A DNA stretch of 64,000 bases from Eledone cirrhosa (GCA_964016885.1 OZ024742.1:202740001-202804000), one strand, 5' to 3'; shown: positions 41,046 to 54,815, counted from the first letter of the stretch. Notes: generated by a model from the sequence alone, not told the origin. Numbers and translations are program-made.

Positions 41046-42422
41046 ATAGTGAAAGATGGAACGGGAACAAAACAGAGAGGCAGTACAAACAAAGGTTTAT
41101 TAGTTTCACGCTCTTGAGGGTGGGGGACACACATATATATATATGCATATGTATGTATATATATATGTGTGTGTGTATATATATCCATATGTATATATGG
41201 GTCACTCTTGAGTGCTACTGGTAACATGTAACCCAATACAACCTGTCGCATGGCCGGGTCGCCGGCGACTAAACCGGCAACTCCACCAAGTTTACTTGGT
41301 GAGGAGGGTGATTTTGGACACCCGGCAGGACAAAAAAACAAAACCTGACAAAGGGTGGAAATATATATATACACATGTACCGCACGGTTAAACCACTGGG
41401 AGTGAAGGAACTCTAGCCTTTGTCAGGGCATTCTTCTAGGCAAAGGCAACTCATGAAACTGGGATAACTCCGCTATAAAACCTGCGGCTCAGTAGTTACC
41501 GATGATGTTGATCTTTTCTTCTTTTGGGGTTATAGCTACTGTCACTCAGAGAGTGGGATTGGCTCAGTGCACAGTCTTTCCTGTCTTTCACACAGGTGAA
41601 AAAATATCTTCACACACAGGCATTGCACGATAGAATTAATTAATAATGATTAATAATGGTATATCGTGCAATGGCCATACTTGAAAACGAGGGGGAACCC
41701 ATTATTATTATGTATATATATATATATACATATAAGATAGCTGCCCCCTCGTTATCGAGTATCGCCATTGCACAACATACCATTATTAATAATTATTAAT
41801 TAATTCTATTGTGCAATGCCTGTGCGTGAAGATATTTTTTAAAGTGAAGAAAGACTGTGCACTGAGCCAATCCCACTCTCTGAGTGACAGTAGCTATAAC
41901 CCCAAAAGAAGAAAAGATCAACATCATCGGTAACTACTGAGCCGCAGGTTTTTTAGCAGAGTTATCCCAGTTTCATGAGTTGCCTTTGCCTAGAAGAATG
42001 CCCTGACAAAGGCTAGAGTTCCTTCACTCCCAGTGGTTTAACCGTGCGGTACATGTGTATATATATATTTCCACCCTTTGTCAGGTTTTGTTTTTTTGTC
42101 CTGCCGGGTGTCCAAAATTACCCTCCTCACCAAGTAAACTTGGTGGGGTTGCCGGTTTAGTCGCCGGCGACCCGACCATGCGACAGGTTGTATTGGGTTA
42201 CATGTTACCAGTAGCACTCAAGAGTGACCCATATATACATATGGATATATATACACACACACACATATATACATATGGATATATATATATACACACACAC
42301 ATATATATTACATACATATGCATATACATATATATATATATGTCCCCCCCCCCCTCAAGAGCGTGAAACTAATAAACCTGTTTGTACTGCTTCTCTGTTT
42401 TGTTCCCGTTCCATTTTTCACT
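41046..42422. mobile_element. ~1.38-kb fold-back element with ~650-bp inverted arms
   Basis: 41046-41695 is the inverted copy of 41744-42422; the mirrored ORFs 40988-41374(-) and 42055-42366(+) confirm it. The outer tail recurs at ~1008-1090. Confidence 0.85.
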
Positions 42423-42949
42423 ATATATATATGTATACATATATATATATATGTTAATATATACATTTATATATATACATATATAAGAATAATTGTTTCT
42501 ACTTTTGGCACAAGGCCAGCAATGTTTGCCCGGTGTATTACTGGTACTTTATTTTATCGACCCCGTAAGGATGAAAGGCAAAGTTAACCTCGGCGGGATT
42601 TGAACTCAGACAATAAAGGGCCATAACTCTTTGCTTGCAAAGCATGGCGTCTGACCCTCTACCGATACTGCCAATCCACTGCCAATATATAAGAATAATG
42701 ATCCCATAACTCCTTGTGTAGTCATAGTGGCGCTGTCGTACTGTGTGCCTAGGGCACTTCTGAACCTGATGGAGCCCAACCCTCTCCAGGTCTGAACACA
42801 GCCAATTTTTTCTACAGAGGAAGAATTGATTCCAGTGCATATATATATATATGCACATATATATGTGTGACCTCTAGCATCACGCAGTTATACAGAAGAC
42901 CCGATCCCCCACGGGTACAAGCCGACGCTGAAGCATATAGACAATATGC

Positions 42950-43236
42950 CCCCACACCCTCCCACTGCAAAGTGGTCTTGGAGGTGCCACGGCAAAAAAA
43001 GCACCCAGCCCACACTGTAAAGTGGACGTGTAGGCGCCACGGAAAAAAGCACCCAGCACTCACTGTAAATGAGGTTGGTGTTAGGAAGGGCATCCAGCTG
43101 TAGAAATCAAGCAGAATCAGTTCCTGTATAAGCAAGGCATGGTCAGCCGACCGGCTACTGCCCACAACAGGACAACCCGTCTAACCAATGCTAGCGTGGA
43201 AGAATGAACGTAAAACAGTGATGATGATGATGATGC
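42950..43236 (+). mobile_element. SINE 3' part with internal ~40-bp minisatellite and RTE-like (GAT)n tail
   Basis: AAAAAGCACCCAGC.CACTGTAA units plus GTTAGGAAGGGCATCCAGC; copies at ~21430-21745+, 29060-29880-, 56350-56460+, 60810-61170-. Confidence 0.75.
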
Positions 43237-43821
43237 TATGTACATATATATATACATACATACACACACACACATATATATATACACATACATATACATA
43301 TCTATACATACATACATAAACACATATATACATATATATACATACATATACATATCTATACATACATATACATGTATATGTATGTATGTATCATCATCAT
43401 CATTTAACGATGATTATGTTGCCCTTCATATCACCAACCACTTTCCAGCATGTGTTGGGTGTGTTTATCATATAGGTTACCAACAAGAGGTTGCACTATC
43501 GTGGCACAACTGAGGGTTCTTCTCATCTAGCACTTTTTCTCTCTCTCATGGGGATGGGAACACACAGTGCTGGAATGGCAGGTGGTGTGATGGGGAGAAA
43601 TAGCCAATGAGTGACAGTGAAGGGGGCATGGGTTGGGTGCAAGGAGTATCCAATAGGGTGCGATAGTGAGGATATCTTAGAAGTTTTTTTGGTGTGTGTG
43701 TGTGGGGGGGGGGGGGAGAAAAAGAAAACAGCATGTCCATTCCAACACAGTCTACTCTCTTGCACACTACATCCAATTCCTCTTATACCAAGTTTTACCC
43801 TTAGTTTGTTTATGTTATGTG

Positions 43822-44160
43822 AAGGTGCATGGCTTAGTGATTAGAGCATAGGGCTTACAATCGAAAGGTTGTGAGTTCCATTCTCGGACCGGCTGATGCG
43901 TTGTGTCCTTGAGCAAGACACTTTATTTCACGTTGCTCCAGTTTACTCAGCTGTAGAAATGAGTTGCGACGTCACTGGTGCCAAACTGTATCGGCCATAG
44001 CCTTTCCTTTGGACAACATTGGTGATGTGGAGAGGGGGGGGGGCTGGTATGTAAGGGTGACTGCTGGTCTTCCTCAAACAACCTTGCCCGGACTTGTGCC
44101 CGAAAGGACAACTTTCTAGGTGCAAATCACAGGGTCATTCGTGACCGAGGAGGGGTCTTC
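43822..44160 (+). mobile_element. Second tRNA-derived SINE family
   Basis: tRNA head plus GTGTCCTTGAGCAAGACACTT core; copies at ~3721-3840, 56183-56330, 57790-58035. Confidence 0.8.
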
Positions 44161-44164
44161 GCTT

Positions 44165-45061
44165 ATGCACACTAACATTACACATCCATCAGAGCATACT
44201 CAACTCATTTCTTTCTAGCCTCTGCAAATCTTCTGCGGTTCAGGCCCATGTTTCAATGCCATGTAGCATTGCTGCTCGCACAAAGGCATCATAAGTCTGC
44301 ACTTCACCCTGAGATAAAAAAGCATTCTGTTGTCAGCAGCTGTAATAGATCTCTAAACTTCTTTCAGCCTGTTCTTATCCTAGCTATCACATTTTCCATG
44401 CATCCTTCCCCATTTCTAATTTGATCCCCTAGGTAGCAAAAGCTGTCAACAACTTCTAGGGACTTCCCCTGGCAGCTGAAGTAATCTATTTCATCTGTGC
44501 TCTTTGTGCTCACTTCTCCTGTGCATCTGGCACATACAAAGTCTATCTTTTCCATTAGCCTACCTGCAATCCAACTACATCACTTGTGCATCCATAAATT
44601 AGACTGTGTCTCCCGTATGAAATTTCTGCTCACCCCTTTCTGACATATCAAACAAGGCCACTTTTCTCATGACCTTCCTGTCTTCTTTCCTACTTATTAA
44701 GACTTTCATCTTTGTTAAATTTAACTTTAGACCTTTCAACTCCATGCTTGGAATGTTGCCTCTAATATTCCTACAGATTCAGCATATAGGAGCTCCCATG
44801 GAGTGCCAGCTTTAAACTCTTCAGTGATGGCCTGAAGTACAATAATAAACAGGGGTGGACTGAGGGCTCATCACTAGTGGGCTCCCACCTACACTTCAAA
44901 TTCATCACTGTACTCATTGTCAAATTTCACTATGTTGGCGGCTCCTCTATGCATGGCCTACATGGCTCTCACAAGCCAATCATTTACATCTAGCTTTCTA
45001 AATTCCCAACAAGTTATGGAGTGTGAGAACCTGATAAAGGCCTTCTCCAGATCTACAAATG
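44165..45061 (-). mobile_element. Degenerate RTE LINE fragment
   Basis: AFVDLEKAF, LEVVDSFCYLGDQI; same family type as 46600. Confidence 0.8.
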
Positions 45062-46595
45062 CTAAATACAGTGAGTCGGATAATAATTGTGCCATGTTGT
45101 TGTTTTGAGATGCAAGTTTGATTTTTGTAGTGGGCAGATAGTAAGGTGCCCAAGCTTTAGGTGGATTTTAAAGATGATGTCAACATTATTTACGCAATGC
45201 TGGTGGAATATTTTCCACATGTAGATAATATAGCACTCACAATGGCATTGGAAAGAATAAAGTTTGAGCTTTTCTAGTTGACCACAATAGTCAAGGCCTA
45301 TAATGCCATGTTTCATTTTTTTAATTGACCTTTGGGGTGCTTCAATTTTCATAATATTTTATTTTGTGTGAGGAGACTACAGTAAACAGTATTCAATGTG
45401 GCACAGGGCAAATGTAGAGAAGAGAAGGATTATAGTGTGGATATCTCTCAAACAGAACATTTTGAAAATCCAGGATCACATCCTGCAGGCCATGTCAACT
45501 TTGTTGTTTAAATTAGTATCCCAGCTTAGGTTGCTATCCACAATTACTCCAAGGTCTCTGGTGTTGTTTGATGCCACAAGAATTTCAACTGAAGGAAGAG
45601 AATATAATAATTTCAGTGCACCCTTTTTCCAAAGTGGTTTAGTTCACATTTATCCTCATTGAGTAGCATATTCAGCCCATTGGATAACAGCAAATATATC
45701 CAATTGAAGGCATGACCAATCTCCCACTCCATTGATGACCTTCTGGAGCTTGGAATCATGTGTGAAGACTCTTATGCTGCTGTGCTTGATGACATCGATA
45801 ATATAATTGATATAAATAATGAATTGGGCCTAACACAGTGCCTTGTGGGATGCCACTACTGACTTTGGCTGAGCTTGATTGTATTCCTTTGACCACAACA
45901 TGTTGGACCTTTGTTTGTTGTTTGTCAGGACACACTTCCATTATAGTAACTTTCCAGCGACACCAATTTTAGATAGTTTTTGTTGTGATCAAACCTGTCA
46001 AAAGCCTTGCTGCAATGAAGGTATATGGCATCAGTGTTGGAGCCATCTCACAAAGCTCTTAAAATGTCATCAAAGTGATGCAGAAGCTGCATTAGGCAAT
46101 CCCTGCCATTACAGAACACATGTTAGTTAGAGTTGCTTTCGAGGAAGTAATTTATTCATGAATACTTTCATGATATGAGATTGGACTGTCATTCACTTGA
46201 AAACTTGAACGACAGACTGGGACAGACATTTTCAGGGATATAGTAAGAATCCAGTGAGTTACTCTATAGATTAACTAGAGAAGATGCAAGTTGGTGTCGA
46301 CACACCTTCAGGACACTAGCAGGGGACCTATCAGGGCCTACAGCTGAGCTGTATTTAATTTTGTTTATTGCTGCTAAGATATCAAGGGTACCAAACTTTA
46401 TGTCAGATATAGTGTGTTGTGAATTAATATCGATGATACAGCCTAGCTCAACCATGTCAGGATTGCTGAAAATGGAACAGTATTGTTTCTGCAGTATCTC
46501 ACCCATGGTTTTAACATTGTCTTGGAGAGTGCCATTATCATCAATCAGAGGGCCAACAGTGGAGACAGTGAACTTGTGTTTTTTTTTTCGCAAAT
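45062..46595 (-). mobile_element. Degenerate CR1/L2-type LINE fragment
   Basis: SAVGPDRSPASVLK, VSSGIPQGTVLGP, LEKLKLYSFQ; many stops and frameshifts. Confidence 0.75.
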
Positions 46596-46599
46596 GAAA

Positions 46600-47752
46600 A
46601 GAACACTTTAGGACATAAAATGGAGTTTCTACCTACGCCTTTCCTACACACTGAGCATGGCCATTTCCCGGAAGGGAGCGGTGCCTTATTTTCTTTCCTA
46701 CAAACTAGAACTTTAGTCTTAGCCAGGTTAATTTTAAGGCCTTTTGATTCTAGGCCGTGCTTCCATGTTTGAAATTTCTTCTCTAGCTCGGCCATTGATT
46801 CAGCTATGAGCGTTAGATCATCTGCGTATAGGAGTTCCCATGAGCAGCCGGTCTTGAACTCCTCTGTTATAGCCTGAAGGGCAATAATAAATAGTAGGGG
46901 GCTAAGAACAGAGCCCTGATGGACACCAACTTTTACGCTAAACTCTTCGCTATATTCGTTATTAATTCTAACCTTGCTGACTGTTTCTTTATACATGGCT
47001 TGTATAGCTCTCACAAGCCATTCGTCAACACCTAGTTTTCTAAGAGCCCACCAGATAATGGAACTAGGGACTCTGTCGAAGGCTTTCTCCAGGTCGACAA
47101 AAGCTAAGTATAGTGGTTTACTTTTAGCTAGGTACTTCTCTTGTAGTTGTTGTACAATGAAAAGAGCGTCTGTGGTACTTTTGCCTGACACAAACCCAAA
47201 CTGCATTTCATCTAGATCAATTCTCTCTCTGATTAGTTGCGCTATTACTTTTTCCGTGACCTTCATGACCTGGTCGATTAATTGAATGCCTCTATAGTTA
47301 CTCCTATCTAGGGCGTCTCCGTTACCCTTGTAACAGTTAACGATGATGCTGCTACGCCAGTCCTTCGGAACAACCCCATTCTGTATGACTTGGTTTACTA
47401 TCCGGGTGACCATGGTGTGTCCCACCATTCCAGAGGCTTTCAGCATCTCAGCAACTATTTCCGAAGGCCCAGCCGCCTTCATATCTTTGATTGCCTTACT
47501 TATTATACTACCTTCGACTAACACTGCTGGTCCCTCTATTGGGTCGATGTGGGGGAGACTGTCTTTCTCCCATTTATTCTCCTCATTTAGTAGCCTTTCG
47601 TAGTGACACTTCCAAGCTACCTTCTTATCAGCGTCAGTGATGGCAAATACGCCATCATCGTTAAGTACACACTTCTCCCCGACAATATCACGGTTTTCCT
47701 TCACACATTGCCTAGCAAACCTGAACACCTCACGTTTTTGGTCCTCGCGTTG
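46600..47752 (-). mobile_element. RTE-clade LINE reverse transcriptase fragment
   Basis: SNYRGIQL, QFGF, AFVDLEKAFDRVP, GVHQGSVLSPLLF, LLYADD, KWPCSVCRKGVGRNSILC. Confidence 0.95.
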
Positions 47753-48245
47753 TAATATATATATATATATAGTGTGTAACGTTTTTCGAAATATTTAATT
47801 CTGCGTTCACAGATTGATTTTTTAGTTTCAGAAGATCCTGTTAAGGGTAAAAACAGCGATTCTTTGCTTAAACTTTAATCTGTTATTTTAATATATATAT
47901 ATATATATAATTATATATTTGTGTACAGATTTTTTGCATACACAATAACAAAATATAAACAAACGTATTTATTTCATGAGGCTCGATAAGGATAAATATA
48001 TATCAAATATATAAGAACCCTAGAGCAAATCTCGAGCAACGCCGGGCCATTCTGTTAGTATATATATATGTATAACTTATCCTGGGTTCAATCGAGGGTA
48101 ACCCCAATAAGTAAGGTACTCAATAGATAGCAGAGTGTAAATATTTAATATAGAAATGGCTTCTACAGCACTAGAACTGTTTCATTAGGGAGAAATCTGA
48201 TAATTTTTTTCCGAATTAAACAGTTGTAGTCCTGTACAAGCCATT

Positions 48246-48292
<47 letters not shown>

Positions 48293-48300
48293 ATATATTG

Positions 48301-49593
48301 ATAAAAGGAATTCCAACTTTGTCTGATTTACTAGTTTTATTTACAATCCTTTAAAATTATAATGATATTATAATGAAATAGTATGGTAGAATATTAAATG
48401 TTAATTGAACAAGTACTTTCATGCTTTCGCAATCTTCAGGTTCATATTCTGTGGTGACAGTCAAGTTTGCAATTTTCAACTGTAATGAGATGGCTAAATT
48501 ATGTGCCTTATATACAGAAAAAAGGGCTACAGAATGCTAAGTTTGGCAAACTGTATTTCGACCACGACATTACGCTGATTGGTTTAGGTGTCACGGTTGG
48601 TTGAGCATGTCTAACGACTTCTATTTGACCCTATCCAAAGCATCAATTGTTTTGCTATTTTTAGAAATGATGAAAATAACATTTTCTAGGGTTTTTATAA
48701 AAATAATCTTCAGTAATCATCACCATCAACATCACTTTTATTATTATTGTTGTTAGTGGTGGTAGTCGACATGGTTGTAGGCGTAGTCATAGTAGGAGTA
48801 ATACACCTAAGCTTTATTATTGTTCATTTAGCTTGGGTTGGAATTTATATCTATAAAATTCTTTTCTTTAATTTTTCTCTTGATTTTATTTGGGTTGTGT
48901 AATTTGTAGAATGGAAATATTATAAATATTTTCAACATGTTGCTAGTTGGTTACTCAGGGGTATCTGACGGACATTTGGGTCTCTGATTTGCTGTCGGTG
49001 TACCCGTGCACGTTCTGATAGTGCATTTCCAATTGGACAGACATATAGTTCTTCACAATTCGGGCATTTAATGCAGTAAATTAGATTTCTGCTTTTGCAG
49101 TTCATATTTGCATTTGGGAATATTTTTCCACTTTTTGAGTTCATATATTGACCAGTATGTATGAACTGAGATGTGCTACATCGACTATCATTGCATTTAG
49201 ATACAGTGAATGATTGGTCTTTGTTGTTAAGGTCAAACTTTGCCTCTGTTAGTAATTGCTTCAAATTTTTCGGCTGTCTTTTACTAAGAGTCAAAGATCG
49301 GTCTGTGATTAAACCTTTTAATTCATTACTTTGAGCAATGATCGGTAGGTTTGCTTTGGCAGTGTTGAAGATATTCTGGTGACATGGGTTGTGTGTCATT
49401 ATAAATGGTATGACCAGTTCTTGGTTTCTTCTTCCTTGGGTTGTCCTAAGTTGCTGTATAGGTATTTTTATAGCCCGCTGTATGCCATTTTCTATAAGTA
49501 GAGATGGTTATTTTTGTTTGAGCAAAAATTCTCTCAGTTCTGTTAGGCTTTTGTTCCTGGTATTCGTATCTTCTAAGTTAGAATTCCTTTTAT
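48301..49593 (-). mobile_element. Neptune-type Penelope element, 5'-truncated, with a 19-bp terminal inverted repeat
   Basis: RQPKNLKQLL linker, KCNDSRC, CKSRNLIYCIKCPNCEELYV (GIY-YIG), hammerhead at 48406. Both ends read ATAAAAGGAATTCYAACTT in inverted orientation; flanked by (TA)n. Confidence 0.9.
48406..48444 (-). ncRNA. Type I minimal hammerhead ribozyme in a Penelope pLTR
   Basis: Minus strand: tgaac-CTGAAGA-ttgc(gaaa)gcat-GAAA-gtac-TT-gttca; palindromic stem III AGTACT; lies downstream of the GIY-YIG ORF. Confidence 0.88.
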
Positions 49594-50105
49594 TAATATA
49601 TGTATATATATACATATATACATATACACACATGTATATATATACATATATATACACACATGTATATATATACATATATATACACACACATATATATATA
49701 CATATATATACACACACACATATATATATACATATATATACACACACATATATATATACATATATATACACACACACATATATATATACATATATATACA
49801 CACACATATATATATACATATATATACACACACATATATATATACATATATATACACACATATATATATACATATATATACACACACATATATATATATA
49901 CATATATATACATACATATATATACACAAATATATATATATACATATATACACATACATATATATACACAAATATATATATATACATATATACACACAAA
50001 TATTTATATATACATATATTTACACACACATATATAAATACATATATATATACATATATATATACATATATATATACACATATATATACATATATATATA
50101 CACAC

Positions 50106-50152
<47 letters not shown>

Positions 50153-50202
50153 TACATATATATATATATTTATATATATATTTATATTCATATATATATA
50201 TA

Positions 50203-52840
50203 TCTTAGTCTTAGTCCCTCCAGTCCCTTGTGGAACATTGGGCAATGAGCTTCCTCCACTTGATCCTGTCACTGGCGGTCCTTCTAGCACCTCTCCAGGT
50301 AATTTCCATCCCCCGCAGGTCCTCCCTGAATGTGCTCCGCCATGTTTTTCGTGGTCTTCCCCGTTCTCTCCTGCCACGTTCTGGTACCTAATCCATGGCA
50401 ATATGAGCAGGTCGATCTGCCGGCAAACGAAGGATGTGGCCCGCGAACCACCGTCTCCTTTTCCGGACAATGTCCCTTAACCTCTCCAATCCTGACCTCC
50501 TCATCACTTCCTCGTTGCTAACTTGGTCTCTCCATGAAATGTTCAAAATGGTCCGAATACAACGACGGTGGAATACATCAAGCTTGTTACATACACTTTC
50601 CGTACTCTTCCATCCATGTCTCACAGGCATATATCGCTGTTATATGCCTGTGAAATGAAAACACGGAATTTGACGGCATTGCCGATGGAACACCTGGCCC
50701 ATAGCGGATAGAGTGGCTGGAAGACTGCCGCTGCTTTTCCCAGCCTTGTGCGCACATCCACCTCAGCATCCCCATCGTCAGAGATGTTGTTGCCAAGGAA
50801 GTGGTTTACACATTCAATGTTACGCTGACCAACCATGATGGGAGGATTTGGAGGGTCACCTGACAACATGGTCTTGGTTTTTTCACAACTGATGCGCAGG
50901 CCAACTCTCTCTGCATTGTCATTTAGAACGTTTGTCATCTCTTGCAGGTCTTCTCGGGAATGGCCTATCACTGCGATGTCATCGGCAGAGTCCAGGTCAC
51001 TTAATCTCCTTCCATTCCAACTGATGCCAAAACGAGGGTCACTCATTGTTTTCTTCGTGATGAAATCGATGATAATGAGGAAAAGAAAAGGCGAAAGGAT
51101 GCAGCCTTGTCGAACACCCGTCAAGATGTCGAAAAGACAAGTGCCAGTGGTTAGAAGATCGGGCTGCAGAGGCATGGGTGGCAGCAGATCGGCTGAGAGC
51201 AGAAGTAGATCGTCATCTTCGAGACGAACAGGCTGGCTTCCGCAGTGGAAGGTCTTGTTCAGAGCAGTTCTTCGCTCTCCGGAATATCATTGAACAATGT
51301 TGGGAGTTCCACAAGTCCCTTGTTGTCAACTACATTGACTTCAGGAAAGCTTTCGACAGTGTTCATCGGGAGTCATTGTGGAAGATTGTAAGACTCTACG
51401 GTGTCTCAGAGAAATATATTAACATCTTCAGGTTGCTGTACCGACATTCCAGGTGCTGCGTTAGGACAAAGGACGGAAACGCGGAAATGTTTGACATCGA
51501 TGACCGCCTTAGCCGGTCCCAAGCCCGGTTGAGAAAGAAGGAGGGTTGGGGAGTGGGGTTAGCAGCCCTACCCCCGTAAAAACTTTTTACCGCTACAGAA
51601 ACGACGAGAAAAAACCATTTTGATACCCAGCGGCGGAAAAGAGAAGACACATCATCCCTGCATGCACTTATGATGGGGCTGGGTCAAAGGCGAAAGGAGG
51701 CCCGACCGCGGATAAGTCCAATCTTCAACGCCAAATCAAACACAAGAGTAGGCACCTGGAATGTCCGCACGCTCTTTCGGGACGGGCGGATGGAGCAGGT
51801 GCTGAAGGAGATGAGAGAATATCGCCTTGACATCATGGGCATCAGCGAGACGAGGTGGACAGGACGGGGACGACTCGACAGTGGAGACATGACTATTCTC
51901 TACTCCGGTGATGATGACCACCATGTCCACGGAGTTGGTATCATCCTCACCGGAGATGTATCACGGGATCTTGTGGGATGGAGGCTAGTGAGTGAACAAA
52001 TTATTACTGCCAGATTGAGCACAAGTCTACGCCCCGACTGAAGCTGCCTCAGATGAAGATAAGGATACCTTCTTTATCCAACTACAGGATGTCCTAGAGG
52101 AAACACCCAGGTCAGACATTAGGCTGGTGATTGGTGACTTCAATGCCAAGCTAGATGGAGACAGGAGAGAAATGCATTCAGCCATTGGCCCCTACGGTTC
52201 AGCTAATTCCACCAATAACAACGGGGAACGGTTGCTGTCCCTGAGTAGTATCAGCAACCTCTCCATCGGGAATACATTCTTCACCCATAGGCGGATTCAC
52301 AAGATGACATGGACTTCCCCTGATGGCAACACCAGGAATGAGATTGATTATATCTGCATTGGCACGAGGTGGCATTCCTCTCTCTTGGATGTCCGCACCT
52401 ACCGAGGGGCAGACGTCGGATCTGACCATCATCTTGTGGTTGGAAAAATCCGCTTGAGGTTGAAGAAGAACAAAGCAAATAAGACCGTGAGGCCATAGGC
52501 TGTCGCAAGCCTGAAAGACCAAGGCAGGTCAGAGGGATTCTATCTGGAGATCAGGAATAAGTTTCAAGAACTACAGCACGCACAGAACCGTGAAGACCAG
52601 TGGCAGATGTTTGCTCGGGCGGTCAGAGCGAGTGCTGATGTAGTTATTGGAAGAAGAAGGGGGACCAACAGGGAACAGTGGATCAGCAGTACTTCATGGA
52701 ATCTCATTGACGAGAGGAAGGGTGTTAAGAACAAAAGAGATCAAAGCAAAACTCGACAGCAATGGAAGGAAGTGGACAAAGAGTAGAGACATCTTGACAA
52801 GGAAGTAAAGAAGAGCTGTCGAAAAGACAAGCACCAGTGG
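50203..52840. mobile_element. Rearranged RTE LINE (5'UTR + APE endonuclease and RT N-part on +; RT C-part on -)
   Basis: VGTWNVRTL, GISETRW, IGDFNAK, NEIDYI, SDHHLV (+); EQAGFRSGRS, IDFRKAFDSV (+); GVRQGCILSPFLF, DSADD (-); (TAAGAC)n tail at 50203. Confidence 0.92.
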
Positions 52841-53581
52841 TATATATATATATTTATAGACATACACATACATGTATATACATATATATATATATACACA
52901 TATATATATACATATTTATAGTCATATATAGACATACATATACACATGTGTATATATATATTTATACACATATATACACAGACACAGACACACACATGTA
53001 TATATATATTGTTATAGTTTGGGAATATATATATGTACATATGTATATATATATGTGTGTGTGTATGGAAATACAGATGTAAAAGGATGATGATATGTCC
53101 CACTAGCAATAGTCTCCTTCCCTCTCTTACTATATCCACCCACCACACTCAACACACATACACCACACCCACCAAGATACCTTACCTACATACCTCTCAT
53201 CTCAGACACAGCAGGAGGGAGAATTCTTCTCCACCCTCACCTCTTCAATGCAGCTACCCACCAACCTATCCACATTCCATACAAGCACACACCTTCACCT
53301 CTTACCAGCATCCTTCAATATACCTTCTTAAGACCACACCCTCACTTCCTACCTTTGTTCTCATCTTCCCACCTCAATTTTTCCCCCCACTAACCCAGCC
53401 ACATTCCACCACCCCCACAGTCTACCTTCTTAAAGCCATACCCATTGCTGCCAAATTATGTTGGAAGATTTTAAATTAAAATCTTCCAACATAATTTTAT
53501 ATAAGCACCCTTTGTTGTTACAAGTACCATATCAATAATTAATTATTTAAATTTTAATAATCCCTCAAAATTTGCCATTAA

Positions 53582-53795
53582 CCCTTTAGCATTCACATTA
53601 CTCTATATATACTATTTCATGGTAAAGGCTTTATCTCGCATAACTATCTCACATAATATTGAATCTATGAGATTTTGAAAGTATTTATTTTGAGAACAAT
53701 ACCTTAACATTAGTATGAGCGACCGGTTACAGCCAGTTTCAACAGAAAGAGGTAGAGAATTCTGGCTGGTTTTGGCCGGTTTGAACATTAAAGGG
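53582..53795. mobile_element. piggyBac-type MITE
   Basis: TTAA|CCCTTTAGCATTCACA...TTGAACATTAAAGGG|TTAA; termini closely match the element at 25408-26506. Confidence 0.85.
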
Positions 53796-53856
53796 TTAAT
53801 ACATTCAAATACAGTGTATTTCTTTAGAAAATAGTTTAAAACAAAATTGTTTAAAA

Positions 53857-54056
53857 CAGGCATGTCAAACTGAGGGTCCCCCGAGGGCCACATGGGTCAC
53901 ATATGTGTTGTCTGAGGGTCACACACGACAATTAATTGCACACATTACAACACATTATTTTATTTTATATTACGAAGATAAAACATGCGTGCGCTGTAAA
54001 CACCTTTGTGCAGGCCATAGGTGTGCTTGTAAAAGGCTGCATGTTTAAAATGCTTG
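53857..54056. mobile_element. hAT-type MITE
   Basis: Imperfect TIR CAGGCATGTCAAAC/GTTTAAAATGCTTG with an 8-bp TSD GTTTAAAA on both sides. Confidence 0.75.
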
Positions 54057-54284
54057 GTTTAAAACATTGTTCTGCATTTCACTTGCAATTATAAGAATTT
54101 TGTTGAGGAATTAACACATCTATCCAAAGACTCAGTCTTCACCAATAAACCAATGCTTACAATAATAATTGGTTGATTGACAGAATCATTGGAACAACAG
54201 AAAAATACCTTGTAATATCTATTTTCAGAGGTCAACTCCTGCTGAGGTCAATAAGCTAGAGATAACCAATATCAATGAGAATGT

Positions 54285-54815
54285 ATACATTAGATAATGT
54301 AGTCCTAGATATACTATGTCTCAAACAACTGAGACACATTTGATCACAGCTATCCTGGAGCTAAACAACAAAATCAAGGAAGGACACATCAGGTAGCCTA
54401 GTCCTGAATAAACGATGGACTGGTTACAGCCTGAATACTTTTTACCATAGATCAGCAGGATCATGGTTGAACTGAAGCTAAACAGCAACTACAATGAAGG
54501 ACACATTAGATAATGTAGTCCTAGGTACGCTATGCTTGAATAAAAGATGGGCTGGATCACGACTGACTCAGAGCTAAAAAGTAACAACTAGGAAGGACAT
54601 ATTAGATATTTTGGTCCTAGATACACTTTGGATAAATGACAGGATGGTCATGACTGGAACATCATTGGTCTGTTGGAATAAAGCTGACAAGGAAGAGAGA
54701 TTAAACTATGCCTAAACTATGCCTAAATAAAAGAATGGGAGGGTCACAAATGGAACATCTTTGATTATAAGTCTGCAGGACCAGGTGCTGATCTAGAGTG
54801 AAACAACATCAACAA
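54285..54815 (+). repeat. Degenerate ~110-130-bp tandem repeat
   Basis: Recurrent GGACACATTAGATAATGTAGTCCTAG and GAGCTAAACAACAA motifs. A different ~110-bp degenerate array (GCAAGACATTCTTGA..GTAAAGATACTATA) lies at ~37225-37570. Confidence 0.6.

Noticed and set aside
42350-42378. Ultra-minimal hammerhead CTCAAGA-gcgt-GAAA-ctaa-TA
   Set aside because: G5 is altered and no stem I can be formed; not supportable from these copies.
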